From: an uncultured delta proteobacterium
Lineage (GTDB): Bacteria > Myxococcota > Myxococcia > Myxococcales > Anaeromyxobacteraceae
Assembly (NCBI GenBank): GCA_963766715.1
Contig: CAVYBH010000017.1
Coordinates: 1 to 64,000, forward strand
DNA: 64,000 bases
Direction of reading: 5' to 3'
Below the pieces are notes generated by a model. The model was not told where the DNA came from. It saw nothing but the letters and a program-made list of their open reading frames with translations, and made no database searches. Position numbers and translations under genes: made by a program. The stretch's first letter is position 1; every line of letters starts with the position of its first letter. Below are positions 55,661-64,000 of this stretch, piece by piece.

Positions 55661-56523
55661 TTCTGCCTCCCGAAGAGGCCCGCCGGCCGGACGAGCAGCA
55701 CGATCGCCATGAGCACGAAGACCACCACGCTGGCGGCCTCCGGCCAGAAGAACTTGGTGAGCCCCTCGACGAGTCCCACCCCGAGGCCGGTGACGATCGA
55801 GCCCAGGATCGAGCCCATGCCGCCGATCACCACCACCGCGAAGACCACCATGATGAGCGAGGAGCCCATCATCGGCGTGACCTGGTAGATGGGCGCGGCC
55901 ATCACGCCCGCGAAGGCGGCCAGCGCCACGCCGAAGCCGTAGGTCAGCATGAACATGAAGGGCACGTTCACCCCGAAGGCCTGGAGCAGCCGGGGATTCT
56001 CGGTGCCTGCGCGCAGGTAGGAGCCGAGCCGGGTCTTCTCGATGACGAACCAGGACCCGAGCGACACCACCAGCGACACGACGACGACCCAGGCCCGGTA
56101 CTTGGGCAGGTACATGAAGCCCAGGTCGAAACCGCCCCGCAGCAGCTCGGGCACCGGATACGGGCTGCCCGAGTTGCCGTAGGCGTGGTGGAAGGCGCCC
56201 TCGATGACCAGCGCCAGCCCGAAGGTCAGCAGGAGCCCGTAGAGGTTGTCGAGCCCCTGCAGCCGGCGGAGGAACAGCCTCTCGATGACCAGGCCCGACG
56301 CCCCGACCACGAGCGGCGAGAGCAGGAGCGCCCACCAGTACCCGATGCCCAGGTACTGGAACCCCATCCACGCCAGGAACGCCCCCATCATGTACTGCGC
56401 GCCGTGGGCGAAGTTCACCACGTCGAGCAGGCCGAAGATGATGGCGAGCCCCAGCGAGAGCAGCGCGTAGAACGAGCCGTTGATGAGGCCCAGCAGGAGC
56501 TGGCCGGAGAGGGCCTGGATCAT
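55657..56523 (-). CDS. livH: Branched-chain-type ABC permease
   Basis: GSFYALLSLGL, NFAHG, VVVIGGMGS, RPAGLFG. Confidence 0.9.
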   Translation of the reverse strand: MIQALSGQLLLGLINGSFYALLSLGLAIIFGLLDVVNFAHGAQYMMGAFLAWMGFQYLGIGYWWALLLSPLVVGASGLVIERLFLRRLQGLDNLYGLLLTFGLALVIEGAFHHAYGNSGSPYPVPELLRGGFDLGFMYLPKYRAWVVVVSLVVSLGSWFVIEKTRLGSYLRAGTENPRLLQAFGVNVPFMFMLTYGFGVALAAFAGVMAAPIYQVTPMMGSSLIMVVFAVVVIGGMGSILGSIVTGLGVGLVEGLTKFFWPEAASVVVFVLMAIVLLVRPAGLFGRQK

Positions 56524-56530
56524 CTGGAGG

Positions 56531-57754
56531 CTACTTCTTCACGAGCGGGCACTTGTCGGAGACCGGAGGGAACGCCTCGGCCGCCGGGATGACCTTCGCG
56601 ATCTTGTAGTAGTCCCAGGGGTACTTGGACTCCTCCGGGGTCTTCACCTGCACCAGGTACATGTCGTGGCGGTGCAGGCCGTCGGGGCCGATGCGCCCGT
56701 TCTTCGCGAAGAAGTCGTTCACCGGCATCTCGCGCATCTTGGCCATGACGGCGTCCGGGTCGTCGGTGCCGGCGGCCTGGATGGCCTTCAGGTAATGGGT
56801 CACGGCCGAGTAGACGCCGGCCTGCACCATGGTGGGCATCTTCTTCATCTTCTCGAAGAAGCGCTTCGACCACTTGCGCGAGTCGTCGTCGCGGTCCCAG
56901 TAGAAGGCGGTGGTCAGGTACATGCCCTTGGCGGTGGAGAGGCCGAGGCTGTTGATGTCGGAGATGAAGACGAGCAGGCCGGCCAGGTTCTGCTTCTTGG
57001 TGATGCCGAACTCGTTGGCCTGCTTGATGGCGTTGATCGTGTCGGCGCCGGCGTTGGCGAGGCCGATGATCTTGGCGCCGGAGGCCTGGGCCTGGAGCAG
57101 GTAGGACGAGAAGTCGGTGGTCCCCGGGGACGGGTGCCGGGAGGCGCCCAGCACCTTGCCGCCGGCGGCCTTCACCACGTTCGCGGTGTCCTCCTCGAGC
57201 GACTTGCCGAAGACGTAGTCGGCGGTGAGGAAGTACCAGGTGTTCCCGCCCTGCTTCACGACCTCGCGGCCGGTGCCGTTGGCGAGCGCCCAGTTGTTGT
57301 AGGTCCAGTGCACGTTGTAGGCGTTGCACTTGTCGCCGGTGATGGCGGTGGTGCCCGGGCCGGAGAGCAGCGTGATGCGCTTCTTCTCGGCGGCCACCGG
57401 CATGACGGCGAGCGCGGTCGAGGAGGAGACCAGGTCGACGATGGCGTCGACCTTGTCCTCGTCGAACCACTTCCGGGCCACGGTGGAGGCGACGTCGGCC
57501 TTGAGCTGGTGGTCGGCGCCCACGATGACGATGGGCTTGCCGAGCACCTTCCCGCCGAAGTCCTCGGCGGCCATCTTGGCGGCCTCGAGCGAGCCAGGGC
57601 CGGAGAGGTCGGAGTAGTACCCCGTCATGTCGGTGAGGACCCCGATCTTGACGGCGTCGTCCGACACCTTCCCGGCCGGGGCCTTCGGGTCGGCGGCCAG
57701 CACCGTCCCGGCGGCGAGCAACAGGGCGACTGCGAATGCAAGGCGACTCTTCAT
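56531..57754 (-). CDS. Branched-chain-type ABC substrate-binding protein
   Basis: Signal peptide, KIGVLTDM, ADHQLKAD, TADYVFG, DFSSYLLQAQASGA. Confidence 0.9.
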   Translation of the reverse strand: MKSRLAFAVALLLAAGTVLAADPKAPAGKVSDDAVKIGVLTDMTGYYSDLSGPGSLEAAKMAAEDFGGKVLGKPIVIVGADHQLKADVASTVARKWFDEDKVDAIVDLVSSSTALAVMPVAAEKKRITLLSGPGTTAITGDKCNAYNVHWTYNNWALANGTGREVVKQGGNTWYFLTADYVFGKSLEEDTANVVKAAGGKVLGASRHPSPGTTDFSSYLLQAQASGAKIIGLANAGADTINAIKQANEFGITKKQNLAGLLVFISDINSLGLSTAKGMYLTTAFYWDRDDDSRKWSKRFFEKMKKMPTMVQAGVYSAVTHYLKAIQAAGTDDPDAVMAKMREMPVNDFFAKNGRIGPDGLHRHDMYLVQVKTPEESKYPWDYYKIAKVIPAAEAFPPVSDKCPLVKK

Positions 57755-57783
57755 GTGTGGTCCTCCTCGACGGTCTCGACGGC

Positions 57784-58509
57784 TCAGACTCCCAGGAACT
57801 GCTGCAGCGATTCCATGCGCCCGGCCAGCCCGCTGGCCTCGATCGTGTCCACGACGCGTCCGTGCTCGAGCAGGTAGTGCCGGTCGGCGAGCGGCGCGGC
57901 GAAGCGGAAGTTCTGCTCGACGAGCACGATGGTGTAGCCCCGCTCCTTGAGCTGGCGGACCACGCGGCCGAGCCCCTGCACGATGACCGGGGCCAGGCCC
58001 TCGGTGATCTCGTCGAGGAGCAGGAGCCTCGCGCCGGCGCGGAGGATGCGGGCCATGGCGAGCATCTGCTGCTCGCCGCCCGACAGGCGCGTGCCCTGGC
58101 TCTTCCGCCGCTCCTGGAGGTTCGGGAACATGGCGTAGATCTCCTCCACCGGCATGCCCGACGGGCTCACGCGCGGCAGCAGGAGCAGGTTCTCCTCGGT
58201 CGACAGGCTGGCGAAGATGCCCCGCTCCTCCGGGCAGTAGCCGACGCCGATCCCCAGCCGGGCGATCCGGTTCGGCGCCATGCCCACGGTCTCGCGCCCG
58301 CCCAGCTCGATCGAGCCGGTGCGCCGTCCGACCAGGCCGAGGATCGACTTGAGCGTGGAGGTGCGGCCGGAGCCGTTGCGGCCGAGCAGCGTCACCACCT
58401 CGCCCTCGGCCACCTCGAGGTCGACCCCGTGCAGGACGTGCGACTCGCCGTAGAAGGCGTGGAGGTCCCGGATCCGCAGCACCGGGCCGGGGGCGGAAGC
58501 GGCGCTCAC
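57784..58509 (-). CDS. livF: ABC ATPase
   Basis: GRNGSGRT, LSGGEQQMLA, LLDE, VEQN. Confidence 0.9.
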   Translation of the reverse strand: MSAASAPGPVLRIRDLHAFYGESHVLHGVDLEVAEGEVVTLLGRNGSGRTSTLKSILGLVGRRTGSIELGGRETVGMAPNRIARLGIGVGYCPEERGIFASLSTEENLLLLPRVSPSGMPVEEIYAMFPNLQERRKSQGTRLSGGEQQMLAMARILRAGARLLLLDEITEGLAPVIVQGLGRVVRQLKERGYTIVLVEQNFRFAAPLADRHYLLEHGRVVDTIEASGLAGRMESLQQFLGV

Positions 58510-59258
58510 GCGGCGCTCCCGATGTAGGCCTCTCGAACGGCGGGATCGGCGGAGACCTTCGCGTAGGAGCCCTCGGCCAGCACGCTCCCGCGCGCCAGCA
58601 CGGTGATGGTGTCGCAGAGGTCGGAGACCACCGAGAGGTTGTGCTCCACCATGAGCACGGTGCGCCCCTTGGCGACCCGCTTGATGAGCTCGGCCACGCG
58701 ACCGACGTCCTCGTGCCCCATCCCGGCGGTGGGCTCGTCGAGCAGGAGCACCTCCGGCTCGAGCGCGAGCGTGGTGGCGAGCTCGAGGGCCCGCTTCCGG
58801 CCGTAGGGCAGCTCGCCGGCCGGGACGTCGGCGAGCTTCTCCAGATCCACGTCGGCGAGGAGCGATCGCGCGCGGTCGTCGAGGACCGAGAGGCTCCGCG
58901 CCGGCGCCCAGAACCGGAACGAGGTGCCGAGCGGGCGCTGCAGCGCGATGCGCACGTTCTCGAGGGCGGTCAGGCTCCCGAACACCGCCGAGATCTGGAA
59001 GGAGCGCACCACGCCCCGGCGCGCCACCCGGGCCGGGGCCATCCGGGTCACGTCCTCGCCGCGGTGGAGGATGGTGCCGCGCGTGACCGGGAGGAAGCGG
59101 GTCAGCAGGTTGAAGACGGTGGTCTTCCCCGCTCCGTTCGGCCCGATCAGGCCGTGGATCGAGCCCCGCCGCACCCGCAGGGAGACCCCGTTCACCGCGA
59201 GGAAACCCCGGAACTCCTTGGCCAGGTCGCGGGTCTCCAGGATGAGGTCGTCGGACAT
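58506..59258 (-). CDS. livG: ABC ATPase
   Basis: GPNGAGKTT, LPYG, LLDEPTAG, VEH, VREAYIG. Confidence 0.9.
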   Translation of the reverse strand: MSDDLILETRDLAKEFRGFLAVNGVSLRVRRGSIHGLIGPNGAGKTTVFNLLTRFLPVTRGTILHRGEDVTRMAPARVARRGVVRSFQISAVFGSLTALENVRIALQRPLGTSFRFWAPARSLSVLDDRARSLLADVDLEKLADVPAGELPYGRKRALELATTLALEPEVLLLDEPTAGMGHEDVGRVAELIKRVAKGRTVLMVEHNLSVVSDLCDTITVLARGSVLAEGSYAKVSADPAVREAYIGSAA

Positions 59259-59431
59259 GGTCGTGATGTCGGGCAAGGGCAAAATCTTTAGTGACTCGAA
59301 AGTCGAATGTCGAGCCCCCCTGGAGTGACGCAACGCGCCATCCGCGCCGCTCGCTCGATTCGGTGCCTCTTTCGTCGGGCGCTGCTGGCAAGCGCCGCCT
59401 ACGTTGCCGTAGGCTCGCCTGCGGAGGTGTC

Positions 59432-62400
59432 ATGAACGTCTCCCGAAGAGGTTTCCTTCAGCTCACCGCGTCCGGCATCGGCGCGACCACCATCGGGGCG
59501 CTGGGCTTCTCGCCAGCGCGCGCGCTCGCCGACGTGAGGCTCTTCAAGCTCGCGCACGCCAGCGAGACCCGGAACACCTGCCCGTACTGCTCGGTCGGGT
59601 GCGGCGTGATCCTCTACGGCCTGGGCGATCGATCCAAGAACGCCCGGACCGAGATCATGCACGTCGAAGGCGATCCGGATCACCCGGTCAACCGCGGCAC
59701 GCTCTGCCCGAAGGGCGCGAGCCTGCTCGACTTCATCCACAGCCCCACCCGGCTCAAGTTCCCCGAGTACCGCGCGCCCGGCACCGCCGAGTGGAAGCGC
59801 GTCACCTGGGACTGGGCCCTGGAGCGGATCGCGCGCCTCATGAAGGAGGACCGCGACAAGAACTTCGTGGCGAAGAACGCCAAGGGCCAGACGGTGAATC
59901 GCTGGACCTCGACCGCGTTCCTGGCCGCGTCGGCCTCCTCGAACGAGACCGGCTACGTCTTCCACAAGGTGATCCGGGCGCTCGGGGGGGTCGCCGTCGA
60001 CAACCAGGCGCGTGTCTGACACGGCCCCACGGTGGCCGGTCTGGCCCCGACATTCGGCCGTGGCGCGATGACGAACAGCTGGGTCGACATCAAGAACGCC
60101 GACGTCATCCTGGTGATGGGAGGGAACCCCGCCGAGGCGCATCCCTGCGGGTTCAAGTGGGTCCTCGAGGCCAAGGCCAAGAAGAAGGCCAAGCTCATCG
60201 TGGTCGATCCGCGCTTCACGCGGACCGCCGCGGTGGCCGACTTCTACGCGCCCATCCGGCCCGGCACCGACATCGCCTTCCTGGGCGGCGTGGTCCGGTA
60301 CCTCCTCGAGAACGACAAGATCCAGCAGGACTACGTCCGCAACTACACCAGCGCGGCCCTCCTCGTCCGGGAGGACACCGGCTTCGACGACGGCCTCTTC
60401 ACCGGGTACGACGAGGCCAAGCGGAAGTACGACAAGTCGACCTGGAACTACCAGGTCGACAAGGACGGCATCGCCAAGGTCGACCCGACCCTGCAGGATC
60501 CGAACTGCGTCTTCCAGCGGATGAGGAAGCACTACTCCCGCTACACGCCGGAGATGGTCGAGCGGACCACCGGGACGCCGAAGGACAAGTTCCTGAAGGT
60601 CTGCGAGGCCATCGCCTCCACCTCGGTGCCCGAGCGCACGCTGACGAGCCTGTACGCGCTCGGCTGGACCCAGCACAGCGTCGGCTCCCAGAACATCCGG
60701 TCCATCGCCATCATCCAGCTGCTGCTCGGGAACATGGGCATGGCGGGCGGCGGCGTGAACGCGCTGCGCGGGCACTCCAACATCCAGGGGCTCACCGACC
60801 TGGGGCTGCTCTCGCAGTCGCTTCCCGGCTACCTGACGCTTCCCACCGACGACGACCCCGACCTCCAGACCTACCTGGACAAGCGCACGCCCAAGGCGCT
60901 GCGCCCCGGGCAGCTCAACTACTGGTCGAACTACCCCAAGTTCTTCGTCTCGCTCATGAAGGCCTGGTTCGGGGCCTCGGCGACGAAGGACAACGCCTTC
61001 GCCTACGACTGGCTGCCCAAGATCGACGGACCGTACGACGTCCTCCGCGTCATGCAGCTCATGTCGGAGGGCAAGGTGAACGGGTACGTGATCCAGGGCT
61101 TCAACCCGCTCTCGTCCTTCCCGAACAAGGCGAAGGTGCTGGGCGGGCTGCGCAAGCTGAAGTTCCTCGTCACCATCGACCCGCTCTCCACCGAGACCTC
61201 CGAGTTCTGGCAGAACCACGGCGAGTTCAACGACGTCGATCCCACCCAGATCCCGACCGAGGTCTTCCGCCTCCCCTCCTCCCTGTTCGCCGAGGAGGAC
61301 GGCTCGCTCGTCTCCAGCTCGCGCATGCTGCAGTGGCACTGGAAGGCCGCCGAGCCGCCCGCCGAGGCCAAGGGCGACCTCGAGATCGTCGGCGAGCTCT
61401 TCCTGGCGCTGAAGCGCCTCTACGCCAAGGAGGGCGGCGCGCTCCCCGAGCCGATCCTCGGCCTCACCTGGGCCTACCGGAACGCCAAGGCTCCAGGGCC
61501 CGACGAGGTGGCCCGGGAGTACAACGGCCAGGCGCTCGCCGACGTGCCCGATCCGAAGAACCCCACCGGCTTCCTGGTGAAGCAGGGCGAGCAGCTTCCC
61601 GGGTTCGCCGTCCTGCAGGCCGACGGCTCCACCGCCTGCGGCTGCTGGATCTTCTCCGGATCCTGGACGCAGGCCGGCAACCAGATGGCCCGGCGCGACA
61701 CCTCCGATCCGAGCGGGCTCGGCATCACGCCCAACTGGGCGTGGGCGTGGCCCGCCAACCGGCGCATCCTCTACAACCGCGCCTCCTGCAACGCCGAGGG
61801 CGTGCCCTACATCTCCACCCGGAAGCTCATCTGGTGGAACGGCACGCGCTGGGTGGGCAACGACGTGCCCGACTTCAAGGTCGACTCGCCGCCCTCCGAC
61901 GGCATGAACCCGTTCATCATGAACGGCGAGGGCGTCGGCCGGCTCTGGGCGCCGGCCATGGCGGACGGGCCGTTCCCGGAGCACTACGAGCCCTTCGACA
62001 CGCCGCTCGCGAAGAATCCGTTCGGCAAGGTGCTGAACGACCCGGCGGCCCGCGTCTTCCCCGACGACTGGAAGGCCTTCGGCAAGCCCGACGAGTTCCC
62101 CTTCGTCGCCACCACCTACCGGCTCACCGAGCACTTCCACTTCTGGACGAAGCACGCCCGCATCCCGGCCATCCTCCAGCCGCAGGCCTTCGTCGAGTTG
62201 CCGGAGGGGCTGGCGAAGAAGAAGGGCATCCGCAACGACGACTGGGTCGTGGTGAAGTCGAAGCGCGGCCAGATCAAGCTGAAGGCGCTGGTGACGAAGC
62301 GCATGCCCACGCTGTCGGTCGACGGCAAGGAGATCGAGGTGGTCGGCCTCCCCATCCACTGGGGCTTCATCGGGCAGACGAAGAAGGGCTACATCACCAA

Positions 62401-62482
62401 CACGCTCACGCCGCCGGTCGGCGACGCCAACATCCAGACGCCGGAGTACAAGGCGTTCCTGGTCAACGTCGAGAAGGCCTAG
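59432..62482 (+). CDS. fdnG: Formate dehydrogenase-N alpha subunit, selenocysteine at TGA 60017-60019
   Basis: Tat signal SRRGFL, CPYCSVGC..C Fe-S motif, DNQARV-U-HGPTV, RGHSNIQG, TTYRLTEH; the two ORF halves are in frame. Confidence 0.95.
60020..60063 (+). promoter_or_regulatory. Bacterial SECIS element
   Basis: CACGGCC...GGCCGTG lower stem and GGCC-GGTCT-GGCC apical hairpin immediately after the in-frame UGA. Confidence 0.75.
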
Positions 62483-62491
62483 GAGACCGCC

Positions 62492-63385
62492 ATGGCTCTC
62501 GATTCCCAGGACATCCGGCAGCGCTCGGCCACCACCACCGAGACCCCACCCAACGCCCGCTCCTTCCGGCCGGAGGTGGCGAAGCTCATCGACGTCTCCC
62601 GCTGCATCGGCTGCAAGGCCTGCCAGGCCGCCTGCATGGAGTGGAACGACCTCCGCGAGGAGGTGGGGACCTTCCAGGGGACCTACACCAACCCGCTCGA
62701 CCTCAGCGACCAGTCGTGGACGGTGATGAGGTTCAACGAGACCGAGATCGACGGCTCGCTGGCCTGGCTCATCCTGAAGGACGGGTGCATGCACTGCACC
62801 GACCCGGGCTGCCTCAAGGCCTGCCCGGCGCCGGGCGCCATCGTCCAGTACGCCAACGGGATCGTCGACTTCCAGCAGGACAACTGCATCGGGTGCGGCT
62901 ACTGCATCACCGGGTGCCCGTTCGACATCCCGCGCATCCGCAAGCAGGACGGCCGGGTCTACAAGTGCACGCTCTGCTCCGACCGGGTCTCGGTCGGGCT
63001 CGAGCCGGCCTGCATCAAGTCGTGCCCGACGCAGGCCCTCACCTTCGGCTCCAAGGCGGAGATGAAGGTCCTCGCCGAGCACCGGCTCGTGGACCTGCAC
63101 GAGCGCGGGCTCTCGAAGGCCTCGATCTACGACCCGCCCGGCGTGGGCGGCACGCACGTGTTCTACGTGCTGCCCCACGGCGACCGGCCGGAGGCCTACG
63201 GGCTGCCGAAGGATCCCAGCGTCGGGCCCGTGGTCACCTTCTGGCGCTCGGGCGTGGCCCGCGCGCTCGGGGTCGCCACCATGTTCGGCGTGCTGGTGGC
63301 GGGCATCCTCCACTACATGCGCTACGGACCGCTGGAAGTGCCGGACGAGCACGACGGGAAGCCGGGCAAGGAGGCGCAGCCATGA
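62492..63385 (+). CDS. fdnH: Formate dehydrogenase Fe-S beta subunit
   Basis: CIGCKAC, CMHC, CIGCGYC, KCTLC; C-terminal TM helix. Confidence 0.95.
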   Translation: MALDSQDIRQRSATTTETPPNARSFRPEVAKLIDVSRCIGCKACQAACMEWNDLREEVGTFQGTYTNPLDLSDQSWTVMRFNETEIDGSLAWLILKDGCMHCTDPGCLKACPAPGAIVQYANGIVDFQQDNCIGCGYCITGCPFDIPRIRKQDGRVYKCTLCSDRVSVGLEPACIKSCPTQALTFGSKAEMKVLAEHRLVDLHERGLSKASIYDPPGVGGTHVFYVLPHGDRPEAYGLPKDPSVGPVVTFWRSGVARALGVATMFGVLVAGILHYMRYGPLEVPDEHDGKPGKEAQP

Positions 63386-64000
63386 AGTCCGAGGACATCA
63401 TCCTCCCCGACGGCAAGATCCTCCGTCACGACAACTCGGAGCGCATCGTCCACTGGCTCATCGCCATCAGCTTCATCTTCCTGTTCCTGTCCGGGCTGGC
63501 GATGTTCTCGCCCCTCTTCTTCTGGCTCTCGGCGGTCTTCGGCGGCGGCCAGTTCATGCGCCTCATCCATCCGTTCGCCGGCGTGGTGCTGGTGCTGCTC
63601 TTCTACCCGTACGCCTGGCGGCTCCGGAAGGACAACCGCTGGTCTCCCGCCGACGCGAAGTGGATGGAGAACTCGGTCGCGTACATGGAGAAGCGCGTCG
63701 AGTTCCCGGACACCGGGAAGTACAACGCCGGCCAGAAGCTCATGTACTGGTCGATGGTCCCGATCATCGCCGTCCTCTTCCTCACCGGGATCACGATGTG
63801 GCAGCCCTGGTTCGCCGGTTCGTTCCCGGCGCCGCTCCGCCGGGTCACCAGCCTGCTCCACGCGGTGAGCGCCTTCGTCATGTTCATCGGCATCGGCATC
63901 CACTGGTACGCGGCCTACTGGACGAAGGGCTCCATCCGCGCCATGGTCCGGGGAACGGTGACGCAGCGCTGGGCCCGGTACCACCACCCGGGCTGGTTCC
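63382..64000 (+). CDS. fdnI: Formate dehydrogenase gamma (cytochrome b556) subunit, truncated at window end
   Basis: [45 protein letters not shown]. Confidence 0.92.
   Translation, partial: MKSEDIILPDGKILRHDNSERIVHWLIAISFIFLFLSGLAMFSPLFFWLSAVFGGGQFMRLIHPFAGVVLVLLFYPYAWRLRKDNRWSPADAKWMENSVAYMEKRVEFPDTGKYNAGQKLMYWSMVPIIAVLFLTGITMWQPWFAGSFPAPLRRVTSLLHAVSAFVMFIGIGIHWYAAYWTKGSIRAMVRGTVTQRWARYHHPGWF

Noticed and set aside
59278..59400. GGCAAA...GAAAG...GACGCAA resembling a c-di-GMP-I riboswitch upstream of fdnG
   Set aside because: Spacing far too long for P2, no P3 tetraloop-receptor motif; better explained as the divergent liv/fdn promoter region.

Overview
Very GC-rich bacterial chromosome segment. 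Gene content and order (TIGR04563-type small protein next to tilS-ftsH, myxobacterial-type integrase, kamDE-kal-kce) suggest a Myxococcota, probably Anaeromyxobacter-like, organism; this is an inference. Most of the window is housekeeping and metabolism: sppA-rpsA-ispH-cmk-hisC-accA-miaA-hisS-psd, hutU-hutI, tsaE-nnr-acpS-pdxJ-glmM-folP-ftsH-tilS, amtB, a lysine-catabolic block (kamD, kamE, kal, kce) joined to mtaB-mnmA, an Mla/Pqi-type ABC system, a Liv-type ABC system with 3-hydroxybutyrate dehydrogenase, and a selenocysteine formate dehydrogenase operon running off the right edge. Many genes, including essential ones, carry single-base frameshifts, most likely long-read indel errors. The most unusual part is a ~7.9 kb island (38225-46161) integrated in tRNA-Arg(CCT). 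It contains what looks like a second, uninterrupted attP for a different tRNA (tRNA-Gly 3' end) next to a decayed tyrosine integrase. Both att arms are followed by a paralogous CxxC micro-protein. Two separate candidate sRNA loci have C-rich (anti-Shine-Dalgarno-like) hairpin loops. No database searches were run; family calls come from recognised motifs.
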